Part shown: in pieces, positions 1 to 9,735 of the stretch
How the letters are laid out: each line of letters begins with the position of its first letter
Numbering within the stretch: the stretch's first letter is position 1
IMG/VR virus record: IMGVR_UViG_3300024296_000385
Span: 1 to 25,707 of that record
From: a virus
Taxonomy: Duplodnaviria > Caudoviricetes
Length of the DNA: 25,707 nt
Strand: one strand, 5' to 3'
Position numbers and translations under genes: made by a program
Notes under the pieces: model-generated
Databases searched by the model: none
The model's input: only the letters and a program-made list of their open reading frames with translations
What the model was told of the DNA's origin: nothing

Positions 1-1
1 A

Positions 2-175
2 CACTTAGCCTACGATGATTATCAACAGGTGCGCAGCAGTGTAGAAAGCAGCGTAGGCTTCCTTGATACCCCCTATGTACGTTTCGAGGGTACTGAATAC
101 GAACAAGAAACGTTCTTTGTTGAAGACCCTAACTATAATGTGATAGAGATCAAAAGCATGGTGCGCGATGCCTAA
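2..175 (+). CDS. VOC/glyoxalase family protein, 3' part (5'-truncated by window edge)
   Basis: Hand translation of frame 2: ...GFLDTPYVRFEGTEYEQETFFVEDPNYNVIEIKSMVRDA*, matching the typical glyoxalase C-terminus PYxRFxG...EQxTxFxxDPxxNxxExK. Not in the ORF track. Confidence 0.75.
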   Translation, partial: HLAYDDYQQVRSSVESSVGFLDTPYVRFEGTEYEQETFFVEDPNYNVIEIKSMVRDA

Positions 176-602
176 CAGGGACGAGTTCCGCACATACATC
201 AGCGAACATGCTGACGAAGTAGGATTTCAAATGCCCAAGCACATATCGGACTATCTCATAGACCTATGCACGGATAGACTGGACAAGCCAGAGCTTATAC
301 CCGAACCCAGCTTTGGTGAACGTTGGCTTAACCTACAAGAACTAGATAGGGCTCACCTATTTCAAGAGTATGCCGACCAATGCCTGTTCTTTGTGTCCTT
401 GATGCCCGAGTATGGTAAACGCAGAGGCCTGGACATAGAATACTATGCGTCACTGGGCATAAGCAGTTACTACACCGTGGGTGACAAAATACATGACAGC
501 AAATATGTACAGTTGGGCAACTGGTTCTACCACTTACAAAAGTTTCTAAACAGTGCGATCAGACCAAAGCAAAGACTAATACTTTTAGATAAATATTTGT
601 AA
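168..602 (+). CDS. hypothetical protein (144 aa)
   Basis: Start overlaps the upstream gene by 8 nt; plausible helical protein; no family recognised. Confidence 0.7.
   Translation: MPNRDEFRTYISEHADEVGFQMPKHISDYLIDLCTDRLDKPELIPEPSFGERWLNLQELDRAHLFQEYADQCLFFVSLMPEYGKRRGLDIEYYASLGISSYYTVGDKIHDSKYVQLGNWFYHLQKFLNSAIRPKQRLILLDKYL
589..595 (+). promoter_or_regulatory. putative T4-like late promoter box (ATAAATA)
   Basis: ATAAATA upstream of the GAGGA RBS and the ORF at 618. Confidence 0.45.
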
Positions 603-617
603 GAGGAAAGCACAATC

Positions 618-809
618 ATGTTAAGTAAACAATGTAAGTTACATTTGAAAGAAGTAGGAGAAACTGGACCACAGCATATGGTTAAGGCTCTTAAAGTTGC
701 AGTTAAGCTGCAATTGTTGGTACCTGCACTAGTAGTACACAGTGTTGCACCACGCTTCTTTAGCAAAACAGCAACAAAGATAATGACTGACATACTGGAG
801 AACAGATGA
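618..809 (+). CDS. small protein, DUF6356-like
   Basis: HLxEVGET..QHM..A...LVVHSVAPxFFxKTA pattern recalled for DUF6356; GAGGA RBS. Confidence 0.6.
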   Translation: MLSKQCKLHLKEVGETGPQHMVKALKVAVKLQLLVPALVVHSVAPRFFSKTATKIMTDILENR

Positions 810-1042
810 TTGAACAATTAGAAATGTTAGCTGAAAGTGGACCTAAGTGGGCTAAGGAAAGAGCAAGTATGGCCTGTCAAATCTATGAACAGTATCAAGG
901 CGGTGGACTAGAAGAATTTGAATACCAAGACATCATGTTGCGTCTTATTGAAGAACCTAAGATAGATACAGACGCAGGCGACGACTTAGATACTAAAGCA
1001 CTTTTAATCACAGCAGTACACCAGGTAGGGAACATAGTATGA
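806..1042 (+). CDS. hypothetical acidic protein (78 aa)
   Basis: ATGA overlaps with both neighbours. Confidence 0.7.
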   Translation: MIEQLEMLAESGPKWAKERASMACQIYEQYQGGGLEEFEYQDIMLRLIEEPKIDTDAGDDLDTKALLITAVHQVGNIV

Positions 1043-1278
1043 AAATTTCAGAAGTAATGGATGCAGTATATGTAGAAGAGCCGGCAAGTAGAGCTCTATG
1101 TAAGTCTGGTAAGCCGGACAGTGCGTTAGGTGCCAGCCAACTAGCATCATGTAAATCACAAGGCTACCGTTCACGTGATGGCGAAAAGAGTCACAAGGTA
1201 GGATCAGAAAGAGTAAAAGTACGAGGTAAAAAGATTAAGGGCAAAAAGTATGGCGGCCCATTACCAGATTGGTCTTAA
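1039..1278 (+). CDS. small basic phage protein with MKISEV N-terminus
   Basis: ATGA-coupled; Lys-rich C-terminus; shares MKISEV and HKVG with ORF 24291..24440. Confidence 0.7.
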   Translation: MKISEVMDAVYVEEPASRALCKSGKPDSALGASQLASCKSQGYRSRDGEKSHKVGSERVKVRGKKIKGKKYGGPLPDWS

Positions 1279-1281
1279 CAC

Positions 1282-1848
1282 ATGTCTGTTAAACCGATAA
1301 ATGGTAGTCTTCTTGTTGCTCCTCCAGGAATGGTAGACAGTCGCTTCAGTCGTACATCATTACTAGTAACACATCATAATCAAACTAGCTCTTGGGCTTT
1401 GTGCATCAATAGAATGACTCCGCACAACCTAGAAAGCCTAGCAAAAGAAATAAGCATTTCAAATGTAAACAACCTTAGGTTTCCTTTGTATTGGGGAGGC
1501 CCTGTACAGAAAGGCAGTGTATGGATGTTACATACTCCAGAGTGGGAGAATGAACACACCATGTATGTTAATGACCAATGGCGTGTAACATCAAACGAAA
1601 GCATGTTTCATTGCCTATCAGATGGCGATGCTCCACAATGGTTTAGAATATGCTACGGGCTATGTCAATGGGGACCTGGACAGTTAGAAACAGAACTAGC
1701 AGGTAAGCCACCCTTTGTTAAGAGTAGTTCTTGGCTAGTTGCTAATGATACTACACCCGAACAGTTGTTTAATCAAGACCCTAATGAACTGTGGGAATAC
1801 AGTGTTAAGACAGCAGGCCGTCAATCAGTTGATGCTTGGTTGGCTTAG
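1282..1848 (+). CDS. YqgE/AlgH (DUF179) family protein
   Basis: GSLLVAPP.M.DSRF.R, LxINR, YWGGPV, YGLCQWGPGQLExE, SW and LWE motifs. Confidence 0.9.
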   Translation: MSVKPINGSLLVAPPGMVDSRFSRTSLLVTHHNQTSSWALCINRMTPHNLESLAKEISISNVNNLRFPLYWGGPVQKGSVWMLHTPEWENEHTMYVNDQWRVTSNESMFHCLSDGDAPQWFRICYGLCQWGPGQLETELAGKPPFVKSSSWLVANDTTPEQLFNQDPNELWEYSVKTAGRQSVDAWLA

Positions 1849-2111
1849 TTATCGACGTATTCAACATCATCTATATCCCAAATATCGTCAAAACTACAAC
1901 GGAAAGTCTTACGACTCTTTTCGTCATATAGTTCTACCTGTTTAGATTCTAGATCACGCACTTGAATAATACCAAAGCTCTCATAGACTCCTGGGCCTGC
2001 CAATGGTGTGTCAGATAGACCTGGAGGCCTACCAAATGTGTCAAGCATAGTTGTTACCTTAAACATACACCCGTAACTCTTGCCGGCTTCAATATCTTCA
2101 ATCTTGTACAT
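1845..2111 (-). CDS. hypothetical phage protein (88 aa)
   Basis: Last gene of a coupled minus-strand run; no family recognised. Confidence 0.7.
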   Translation of the reverse strand: MYKIEDIEAGKSYGCMFKVTTMLDTFGRPPGLSDTPLAGPGVYESFGIIQVRDLESKQVELYDEKSRKTFRCSFDDIWDIDDVEYVDN

Positions 2112-2394
2112 GTTCCATCTCCATTGGTTGATAGCCTGTTGCTACTTGCATTTTTTTAATTATAACTTTAACTTGATCACTGGTTAAGTATCCTTTTACA
2201 GTATCTCCAGGATTAGTTATACCAGGCATCTCAGTCATGATACCTTCTTTAAATACCCCTATTTCAAACATTCCTTTGTTGCCACCATAGGAATGCTGAC
2301 CTTTTACAATGCTGAGTTCATAGTCACCAAACGCTAGTCTAGCCTGTATGCCTCCGTGGTAAAGTGTTTCAAATTTATACTCATCAGTTATCAT
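2098..2394 (-). CDS. hypothetical phage protein (98 aa; start moved to MITDEY)
   Basis: ATG at 2394 follows GGAGGAAG; YELSIV...SYGG..G.FEIGVF...VKGYL pattern typical of small phage proteins. Confidence 0.7.
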   Translation of the reverse strand: MITDEYKFETLYHGGIQARLAFGDYELSIVKGQHSYGGNKGMFEIGVFKEGIMTEMPGITNPGDTVKGYLTSDQVKVIIKKMQVATGYQPMEMEHVQD

Positions 2395-2704
2395 CTTCTT
2401 CCTCCACGCATAAACGTTCCATAGTCTTATAGTGTTCATATGCTTTTTGTAATGCTTCGTACTTTTCCAACTTTGTAGGGTCTGGTACTAAGATGTTTAG
2501 CCTTTCTTCAATAGCTTCTAGCCGTTTGCGCATAGCACTACCGACTTCATGATCCGCAGTATAAGTTGTATTGTAACCGAACTCAGTGCCTGTGTCGTTA
2601 TAGTCACCGATATCTATAGTAAATGTTCCTGTTGCACCAGTACCTGTGTAGGCAATATCTTCTGATGGACTAATTGTGTATTCGTCACCCATATGATCCC
2701 TCAT
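2384..2704 (-). CDS. hypothetical phage protein (106 aa)
   Basis: Coupled to neighbours; C-terminal IEERL.IL.P...LEKYEALQKAYEHYK helical segment. Confidence 0.7.
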   Translation of the reverse strand: MRDHMGDEYTISPSEDIAYTGTGATGTFTIDIGDYNDTGTEFGYNTTYTADHEVGSAMRKRLEAIEERLNILVPDPTKLEKYEALQKAYEHYKTMERLCVEEEDDN

Positions 2705-2937
2705 TTTTTCCCTTTCGTAGCACGTTTAGCTCTCGCTTTGATTTGTGCTGGTGTTTGGCCGCCTGGACTAAGTTTGTCTATGCGACATGCAAATAAATGT
2801 TTCTTACCACTGTTTGATATTAACACAGGTTGTCCATGTTCGTCAACCTGAATATCAACAATCTTTATAGGGACATTCTTAAAACGCCCAACCATTGCAG
2901 TGTCACCTACGTTTATATCTACAGTAAACTTCTTCAT
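2701..2937 (-). CDS. hypothetical protein (78 aa)
   Basis: ATGA overlaps on both sides. Confidence 0.7.
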   Translation of the reverse strand: MKKFTVDINVGDTAMVGRFKNVPIKIVDIQVDEHGQPVLISNSGKKHLFACRIDKLSPGGQTPAQIKARAKRATKGKK

Positions 2938-3395
2938 ATGATCGTGCCAAACTGCTCAGTTGTTTCGTCTCCAAGGAACCAGTTACTATCCACAGGGCCG
3001 CAACATAATGTGTGCTTGAGATAAAGGTTGTAGTCTGTTTGCTTACTAACCTCAGCCATACCTAAATGTTTTTCACTTATAATACAGATACCATAATCGA
3101 AACCACAATAAACAATGTTATTAAGACTATATTTTTTCATGTAATCAACAAGGTCTTCTTGTGTCTGCATGTTTTTATATTGAGATAGGTGACTAATACA
3201 GTTTAAATGATCAGGAACTACTTTAGCCTTGTGCTTCATGGGTCTAAGATAGTATTCTATCTTCTGCGCCAATCGAATTGCTTCAGCAGCTCTCCAAGGA
3301 TAGAGTTTTTCTTGTTCCCAACCCATAGACTGACAAGGATGCATTACTAACCATAATGCCTTGTCCTGAAGTAATTTCGATTCAATTTTATTCAT
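2934..3395 (-). CDS. hypothetical protein, weak isochorismatase/cysteine-hydrolase-like fold
   Basis: TAATG/ATGA coupled; N-terminal hydrophobic strand plus NIVYCGFDYGICI resembles the cysteine-hydrolase GxxxxxC motif. Fold call is weak. Confidence 0.5.
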   Translation of the reverse strand: MNKIESKLLQDKALWLVMHPCQSMGWEQEKLYPWRAAEAIRLAQKIEYYLRPMKHKAKVVPDHLNCISHLSQYKNMQTQEDLVDYMKKYSLNNIVYCGFDYGICIISEKHLGMAEVSKQTDYNLYLKHTLCCGPVDSNWFLGDETTEQFGTII

Positions 3396-3637
3396 TAGTG
3401 CAACATACGTGACTTTGTTTCGTGTTCATCTAAGAACGGCTTCACTTTGTCCGCAGTGTTCACAAGATTATCTACGACCTTTTCAAAGTCTCTATCATCT
3501 AGTCCAGTTTTATATAACCTAAGTGCGATAGACATTAGTACTGCTGCCACACCCATTATATCTTGTTGTGCGTCACATTCTTTTGCCGCTTCTGCAAACA
3601 CTAAGTTATAAAACTTTCCCATATCTTCTTCGTTCAT
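3395..3637 (-). CDS. hypothetical protein (80 aa)
   Basis: GAGGG RBS; helical; coupled to the downstream ORF. Confidence 0.7.
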   Translation of the reverse strand: MNEEDMGKFYNLVFAEAAKECDAQQDIMGVAAVLMSIALRLYKTGLDDRDFEKVVDNLVNTADKVKPFLDEHETKSRMLH

Positions 3638-3672
3638 ATTATCCCTCGTTTTCTAAATCCCATATTACTATA

Positions 3673-4986
3673 TTAGATCTTCTCGCCTGCCTTGAAGCCT
3701 CTAAATCTGAGAAACCTCGGAAACCTAAGCGAGTAAGTACCATCTTGATTTTGTGTAACAGCATCTGCACGTACCTCTACAATTTGCCCAGGGATAGTAT
3801 CTTTACTAACCCAAAACTCATCGCGATTAATATCAGTAAAACCGCTACCGACATTAACATTAATTTGCTTTCCGTCATCAAGTCCTTCACAAATGAAAGC
3901 ACCAAGTTTACCTTCGTTTCTTCCTGTTCCTTCTTCGACATCTTTAACCTCCAGTGATACTTCAATGAAAGGTTTCATCTTCAACCATGAATGTGATCGC
4001 TTACATTGATAAACAGCATCAACATCTTTGATCATGATACCTTCATAACCTGCTTCAACTGCTTTTTTATTATAGTCTTTGAACATTGTATCTCCAACCA
4101 TAGTACCTAGTTCTACTTCTTCTTGTGGTACTAAATCACAAAAACATTGTTCAAATATCTTTTCAAAGGTTTTAAGCATATTACTTCTACGTCTTTGTCC
4201 TTGTATGCTTTCACCTTTCTTAAATTCTACTAACGGAATAATGTCAAACACTGCAAGTCTTGCATCTTGTGCTTTCACATCACTCTTTCGATGTACCTGT
4301 TTCATTAAGTCTTGGAAACTGTTAGAAACAACTTCGCCATCAATTACATATGAACGGCCAATCTCTTCCATAAAGCCATGCAATGCTTCTGTGATGTGTG
4401 CAAAGTTTTCTAATACTTTACCGTTACGTGTGTATTGTGTAACTGACTTTGCTTCGTAGTCTACAATAGTAACACAACGTACACCATCTAACTTAGGCTC
4501 AAGCAGTTTCTTACCAACTAACTTTTTCTCATGATTGGCACTATCATGTGCTAACATACATTCGAACACAGGAATTTTATATTGTGGAAACTTCTTAGCG
4601 ACTTTGTTTACAGTCTTTTCACTTACACCACAACGCAAGTCTTTAATAAGAATACGTCTATAAAACTTATTCCATTGTTCAGCAGTTGCTACTTCACTTG
4701 CAAGTTTGATTGCATCTTGTGCGGCATTACCTGTAAGTTTACGTTTATATAGTGCATCAGCAAGTTCTAAGAACTTATCCCATGCTAGTCCTTGTCCGTT
4801 CCACTCAGGATCTACTTCAGGAACTTGCTTCACACCAAATGTGTAAAGTTTATCAAGTGCCATACGGCAACCAGCAAAGAACTCATCTAGTCCTTCTTCC
4901 ATTGCTTCTAATATTACTTGCTCTTTTGCTAGACGTGAATTGTCTGCTTCAAGTTTGTCTATAATTACTTCAGGTTGTGTTCTCAT
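3673..4986 (-). CDS. lig: ATP-dependent DNA ligase
   Basis: EPKLDGVR (motif I, adenylated Lys), IDGEV, FDI, EGIMIK, WLKMK, OB-fold VGSGF and SLRFPRF. Confidence 0.96.
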   Translation of the reverse strand: MRTQPEVIIDKLEADNSRLAKEQVILEAMEEGLDEFFAGCRMALDKLYTFGVKQVPEVDPEWNGQGLAWDKFLELADALYKRKLTGNAAQDAIKLASEVATAEQWNKFYRRILIKDLRCGVSEKTVNKVAKKFPQYKIPVFECMLAHDSANHEKKLVGKKLLEPKLDGVRCVTIVDYEAKSVTQYTRNGKVLENFAHITEALHGFMEEIGRSYVIDGEVVSNSFQDLMKQVHRKSDVKAQDARLAVFDIIPLVEFKKGESIQGQRRRSNMLKTFEKIFEQCFCDLVPQEEVELGTMVGDTMFKDYNKKAVEAGYEGIMIKDVDAVYQCKRSHSWLKMKPFIEVSLEVKDVEEGTGRNEGKLGAFICEGLDDGKQINVNVGSGFTDINRDEFWVSKDTIPGQIVEVRADAVTQNQDGTYSLRFPRFLRFRGFKAGEKI

Positions 4987-5018
4987 AAATGCCTCTCTTT
5001 TGCCTAATTGTTATACTT

Positions 5019-5047
5019 ATTATAGCGTATTATCCTTCATTTGTCAA
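5019..5047 (-). promoter_or_regulatory. sigma70-type promoter for the ligase
   Basis: Perfect TTGACA-N17-TATAAT on the minus strand. Confidence 0.85.
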
Positions 5048-5416
5048 CTCATTTATTACATTTTCTATGTTATGCACGTTGATTTCTTGTCCAATTTTGT
5101 ACACATGAAAATGGTAATCTTCAATTGTTTCTGCAATCTTATTTAATATCGTTTCCTCTGGCTCTGCTATCCATTCTGAGTAGCCTCTACCTTCTAGCAT
5201 AATAGCATATCCAAAAGTATCTTTGAGTACGCTCTCTAGTTTGCTAATTGGATTTGCTTTACCATACCATAAGTGATTAAACGTAGCATAATGACTACGA
5301 GCAGAATAACTGTTCTGGTAAACACCTAATCTAGCCTTAGCACTATTCATGCTAGTGATTCCAATCTTACAATCACCACTACCTAGAGGGTCTTTCATTA
5401 AGTATAAGAACTTCAT
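5030..5416 (-). CDS. GIY-YIG-like (T5orf172/Mug113-type) nuclease domain protein (128 aa; start moved to MKFLY)
   Basis: FLYLM...CKIGITS....RL..YQ...LE.....EW pattern; ATG 1 nt after the upstream stop. Confidence 0.6.
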   Translation of the reverse strand: MKFLYLMKDPLGSGDCKIGITSMNSAKARLGVYQNSYSARSHYATFNHLWYGKANPISKLESVLKDTFGYAIMLEGRGYSEWIAEPEETILNKIAETIEDYHFHVYKIGQEINVHNIENVINELTNEG

Positions 5417-5417
5417 G

Positions 5418-6521
5418 CTACCACCTACACTGTGCTGTTGGAAGTGTGATACGTCCAATCTTATCGTTATATAGATTTACAATAGCATCATACACACGCC
5501 ACTGATCATGGTCTCTTGGATTAGTAAATCCTTTGGTGTGGAGAGCATTCTCATAGTTGTCCTTCAGTCCTAGTTGTACTGATGTAGGATCTCCCCAAGT
5601 TTTAATAAACAGTTTGCCTAGTTCATCATCAAAGGCTTGATCAATAGCAAAGCCTTCAACTTCAGCCATCTTATATAATAATGCCATAGGCCTCCATATC
5701 TCTAACTCGGCTGCTGCCTTAGTCCAGTGTGTGTTATGAAATTGTAATGCACGTTTAAAGTATTTGCCTACAACCCCATAATCATCTGACATCTCAAATA
5801 TAGTCTGTCCACTTTTGATCTGACTAAATGCATTTGGTGTGTTAGCATTACGTTTAGGACTAAACCCTGTAGCAGTTAAAATGTTATTCATCTGTACAGT
5901 TGCACTATCTTTTGTTTCTAATAATATCATAAACTCATCGTAGGCATGAAGTTTACGTTTGTTACGACTATTAATACGTATCATGTTTTGTCCTGCTAAC
6001 CAAACAGCATACTCTACCTTGTCAGTAAAGCCTGCGTCTTTTACTGTTTCGTCAGTAATCATATCTGTATCAATATACCACATAGGGTATGTAGTATACT
6101 TTTGTCTAAACATCTCTTGTGATGTATGGTGCCCGTCCCATAACATATACATACCGTCTACTAATATAGCAGTTGGCAACAGCACCGCAGTGTGTTCGTA
6201 GTCTTGTTCAATTTTATACATATGGTTGGGTGCAACATCTCGTTGGAACCTTGGCCACAAATACATATCCTCCCAATCAATCCAACCAAACTTTACAATA
6301 CCTTCTTTAGGATCGTATGGGTCTTGGACATCAGGCTTCTTGTCAGGACCAAGCACAACATCAATTGCTTCTGCAATATCATTAAGAGGAATAATGCCAC
6401 GGTCGTAGTTGTCAGACATGGTACGCAAATCAATTGCGTCATCTTTCATTTCAAATGGAATTTTAAATTTTGCCAGATACTTGTTGATCTCCGTCTGGCG
6501 ATTGTACGGAACTTTCTTCAT
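5418..6521 (-). CDS. ParB/Srx-like N-terminal domain protein (367 aa)
   Basis: PRFQRDV...LWDGHHT resembles ParB-like/DUF262 QR...DGxH motifs; strong TAAGGAG RBS. Confidence 0.6.
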   Translation of the reverse strand: MKKVPYNRQTEINKYLAKFKIPFEMKDDAIDLRTMSDNYDRGIIPLNDIAEAIDVVLGPDKKPDVQDPYDPKEGIVKFGWIDWEDMYLWPRFQRDVAPNHMYKIEQDYEHTAVLLPTAILVDGMYMLWDGHHTSQEMFRQKYTTYPMWYIDTDMITDETVKDAGFTDKVEYAVWLAGQNMIRINSRNKRKLHAYDEFMILLETKDSATVQMNNILTATGFSPKRNANTPNAFSQIKSGQTIFEMSDDYGVVGKYFKRALQFHNTHWTKAAAELEIWRPMALLYKMAEVEGFAIDQAFDDELGKLFIKTWGDPTSVQLGLKDNYENALHTKGFTNPRDHDQWRVYDAIVNLYNDKIGRITLPTAQCRW

Positions 6522-6536
6522 GCTCTTAACTCCTTA

Positions 6537-6599
6537 TAACATGTGCAACGAATTGCTAGTGTTAGTTTGTGCCTGGGTGCGTAACGAATTACTGGCCCA
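6537..6599 (-). promoter_or_regulatory. tandem UUCG-loop hairpins in the 5' UTR
   Basis: UGGG-CCA-GUAA-UUCG-UUAC-GCA-CCCA and UAACA-CUA-GCAA-UUCG-UUGC-ACA-UGUUA, the second abutting the SD. Confidence 0.65.
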
Positions 6600-6619
6600 C
6601 AGCGTTAATTTATACTTAC

Positions 6620-6648
6620 ATATTACACTCACGATTACCACTTGTCAA
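6620..6648 (-). promoter_or_regulatory. sigma70-type promoter
   Basis: TTGACA-N17-TAATAT on the minus strand. Confidence 0.75.
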
Positions 6649-6672
6649 CCCCTAAGGGCAATAATTATATGT

Positions 6673-7599
6673 ATGAAGATACTAATCATTGGTGCAGCAG
6701 GCTTTTTTGGAAGAAACTTAGCGTATGCTTATAAAGACTTACATGATATTAGTTGTATTGACCTACCTCTAGATCTTTTTGGAGATAAAAAAGACTTCTA
6801 TGACGAGTTCGATGTAGCAGGGATAGATATTCAAGAGGACCTATGGCAAGTTAAACAACGTATGATGGACTGTGATGTTGTTATCCATTTGGCTAACAAG
6901 ACTAGAATAAGTCCTAGTTGGCAAGAGTACGAACAGTACTATAGTATGAACATAGGAACTACCCAAAAGATATATGCTCTATCGCAAACACTAGGCGTTA
7001 AAAAGTTTATCTACTTTAGCTCTAGTTCTGTGTATGGCAACAATGGTTGGATACCTAACAAAGAATCAGACCCTTTGAATCCTACAAGTCCTTATGCTAT
7101 TAGTAAGATGGCTGCGGAGGCTGCATTAACAGCACAACACAGTCGCTTACCAAAGACAGAACTTATTATAGTAAGGCCGTTTACAATGTATGGTCCGTTC
7201 ATGGAGATGGGAAAGTATTCATTAGTAATATCAAAGTTCATTGAAGCAGTACAGGCAGGCAATCCACTATTACTTGATGCTACAGGATCTCAAACAAGAG
7301 ACTTTATACATGTTAGTGATGCTATCTCTGCACTTAGCCTAATTATACAGCATGGCAAGAGCGGAGACATATATAATATAGGATCAGGCGAGTCAGTGTC
7401 TATTAGAGAGTTGGCAGACATTGTCAGTAGCAAACAAGTTCATACTCCTCCACGCATTGGACACATTGAACATACGTTAGCTGATACAAGTAAACTCAAA
7501 GAGTTAGGTTGGAAGCCAGAGATTGATGTAAAAACATGGTTGACAAATTTAGTTGCAGACCTTAGTATAACAAGTAATATTAAACAAGAGGAAAAATAA
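6673..7599 (+). CDS. NAD-dependent NDP-sugar epimerase/dehydratase (extended SDR); start moved to MKILII
   Basis: GAAGFFG Rossmann motif, SSSSVYG, YAISK catalytic YxxxK, RDFIHV, YNIGSG. Confidence 0.92.
   Translation: MKILIIGAAGFFGRNLAYAYKDLHDISCIDLPLDLFGDKKDFYDEFDVAGIDIQEDLWQVKQRMMDCDVVIHLANKTRISPSWQEYEQYYSMNIGTTQKIYALSQTLGVKKFIYFSSSSVYGNNGWIPNKESDPLNPTSPYAISKMAAEAALTAQHSRLPKTELIIVRPFTMYGPFMEMGKYSLVISKFIEAVQAGNPLLLDATGSQTRDFIHVSDAISALSLIIQHGKSGDIYNIGSGESVSIRELADIVSSKQVHTPPRIGHIEHTLADTSKLKELGWKPEIDVKTWLTNLVADLSITSNIKQEEK
7540..7568 (+). promoter_or_regulatory. sigma70-type promoter for clpP, inside the 3' end of the epimerase gene
   Basis: TTGACA-N17-TAGTAT. Confidence 0.65.
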
Positions 7600-8190
7600 A
7601 TGGCATTAGTACCAATGGTAGTTGAATCAACAAGCAAGGGCGAACGAGCTTATGATATCTACAGTAGATTATTAAAGGACAGGGTAATAATGCTCAACGG
7701 TCCTGTTGAAGATGTAAGTGCAAACCTTATTGTTGCACAGTTGTTATTCTTAGAGTCAGAAGATTCAGATAAAGCGATCTCGTTGTTTATTAATAGTCCA
7801 GGTGGTGTTGTAACTGCTGGCATGAGTATATATGATACAATGCAGTTTGTTAAGCCAGACATTGCAACATATGTTACTGGCCAAGCATGTAGTATGGGTA
7901 GCCTACTTGCACAAGCAGGTGCAAAAGGTAAACGTTATATGTTACCAAACGCAAGGCACATGATCCATCAGCCAAGCGGCGGTGCTAGAGGACAAGCAAC
8001 AGACATGCAAATACAAGTAGAAGAAATTTTAAAGATTAAGAAAGAGCTTACAGGTATCTACGAAAAACATAATAGTGCGGGCAAAACATTTGATGAGCTA
8101 AGTGCTGATATGGAACGTGATAACTTTATGACTGCACAAGAAGCAGTAGACTATGGCTTAGTTGATCAAATTATAGATAAACGTCCATGA
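7600..8190 (+). CDS. clpP: ATP-dependent Clp protease proteolytic subunit
   Basis: LVPMVVE...[26 protein letters not shown] (Ser), MIHQP (His), ERDNFM (Asp). Confidence 0.97.
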   Translation: MALVPMVVESTSKGERAYDIYSRLLKDRVIMLNGPVEDVSANLIVAQLLFLESEDSDKAISLFINSPGGVVTAGMSIYDTMQFVKPDIATYVTGQACSMGSLLAQAGAKGKRYMLPNARHMIHQPSGGARGQATDMQIQVEEILKIKKELTGIYEKHNSAGKTFDELSADMERDNFMTAQEAVDYGLVDQIIDKRP

Positions 8191-8570
8191 AGATAGTACC
8201 ACAGGGTAATAAGCAAACAGACTGGGGCATGGAGCTCAATTGGGCATCTAATGAATCATATGCAGGCAAACTATTAGTATTTGAAAAGCCTAATAAGAAA
8301 ACTGCAATGATGTTACATAAAACTAGACGTAAGAGTTGGTTTGTTAATTCAGGTAAGTTTAAGATTACATTTGTTGATATCAAGACAGGTCAAAGCAGAG
8401 AACAAGTTATTAAAGAAGGCAACACTATTGATATTGCTGAAATGACTCCACATCAATTAGAATCGTTAGATCATCATTCAATTATATTTGAATCAGGTAC
8501 TCCAGATTATGAAGATGATCAGTTTAGACTTAATCCTGGTGACGAGCAAACACAGCCTTCAGAGCAATAA
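8187..8570 (+). CDS. cupin, mannose-6-phosphate/sugar isomerase-like
   Basis: WGxELxW, YAGKLL, MMLH..R..SWFV..G, PHQLE motifs. Confidence 0.7.
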   Translation: MKIVPQGNKQTDWGMELNWASNESYAGKLLVFEKPNKKTAMMLHKTRRKSWFVNSGKFKITFVDIKTGQSREQVIKEGNTIDIAEMTPHQLESLDHHSIIFESGTPDYEDDQFRLNPGDEQTQPSEQ

Positions 8571-9735
8571 CTAAATCCTCAATCATTTTATCATCATGAT
8601 ACGGAGTAGGTGCAAACCGCAAACGTTCTGTACCTTCTTCTACTGTTGGATAGTTAATTGGCTGTACATAGATATCGTGTTCATCGATAAGCATATCACT
8701 CATTGACTTACACTTCTTAGCATCTCCTACAAGTACAGGAACAATGTGTGTAGTTGAACACTCCATTACTTGTATTCCGTTTGCTACTAATCTTTCTTTT
8801 AGTTTCTTCGCTTGTGTTTGGTGACTAACTCTAACTTCGTTATGATCTTTTAGGTATTTAATTGCAGCCATTGCGCCTGCACATGCAACCGGACTCATAC
8901 TAGTCGTGAAGATAAAACCAGAAGCTACTGAACGGATAGCATCAATAACGTCTGCATCAGCAGCAATGTAGCCACCTTGAACTCCAAAGGCCTTTCCGAG
9001 TGTGCCATTGATTATATCAATACGGTTTTGTAGTCCTAGTTTCTCCGTCCAGCCGCCTCCGTGTTCGCCATAAAGGCCAACAGCGTGTACTTCGTCAATG
9101 TATGTAATTGCATTATACTTGTCTGCAATGTTACATATTTCTTCCATCGGCGAAATATCTCCGTCCATAGAATAAACACTTTCAAATACTATACAAGGAG
9201 TTTGATTAGCAAGTACAGCGTTAGCACATAGTTCTTCTAGTTGACCCATGTCGTTGTGATGCCACACTTGCTTTTCTGCTTTACTGTGTCTAATACCTTG
9301 TATCAATGAAGCATGATTCTTACTGTCGCTTAAGAATACAATGTTAGGGAATATTCTTTTTAATGAAATAAGTGTCCATTCGTTTGCAACGTATGCAGAT
9401 GTAAACAGCAAGGACTTTGCTTTGTTGTGTAACGTACTAATCTCATGTTCCAACGCAACGTGGTAATGGCTTGTGCCACCTATGTTACGTGTACCTCCCG
9501 AGCCTGATCCTGTTTGGTCTAGGGCAGTATGCATAGCGTCTATGACAACCTTGTGCTGTCCCATGCCTAAGTAATCGTTACTACACCAATTAGTAATGTT
9601 TTTAATATTATAAGGTCCGTACCAGATAGCTCTAGGGAACTCGCCTCTTTCCCTAAGTATGTCGTTGAAAACCCTATAGTTGCCGCTATCTTTTAGGTTT
9701 TTTAGTAGTTTGTTTATTGGTTCTTTGTTTATCAT
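8530..9735 (-). CDS. hemA: 5-aminolevulinate synthase (Shemin/C4 pathway)
   Basis: [58 protein letters not shown] (PLP Lys), [18 protein letters not shown]. Confidence 0.96.
   Translation of the reverse strand: MINKEPINKLLKNLKDSGNYRVFNDILRERGEFPRAIWYGPYNIKNITNWCSNDYLGMGQHKVVIDAMHTALDQTGSGSGGTRNIGGTSHYHVALEHEISTLHNKAKSLLFTSAYVANEWTLISLKRIFPNIVFLSDSKNHASLIQGIRHSKAEKQVWHHNDMGQLEELCANAVLANQTPCIVFESVYSMDGDISPMEEICNIADKYNAITYIDEVHAVGLYGEHGGGWTEKLGLQNRIDIINGTLGKAFGVQGGYIAADADVIDAIRSVASGFIFTTSMSPVACAGAMAAIKYLKDHNEVRVSHQTQAKKLKERLVANGIQVMECSTTHIVPVLVGDAKKCKSMSDMLIDEHDIYVQPINYPTVEEGTERLRFAPTPYHDDKMIEDLVIALKAVFARHQD

Noticed and set aside
6409-6672. 88-aa N-terminal extension of the epimerase in the ORF track
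   Set aside because: It overlaps the divergent gene, its leader and promoter; the SDR fold starts at MKILIIG (6673).
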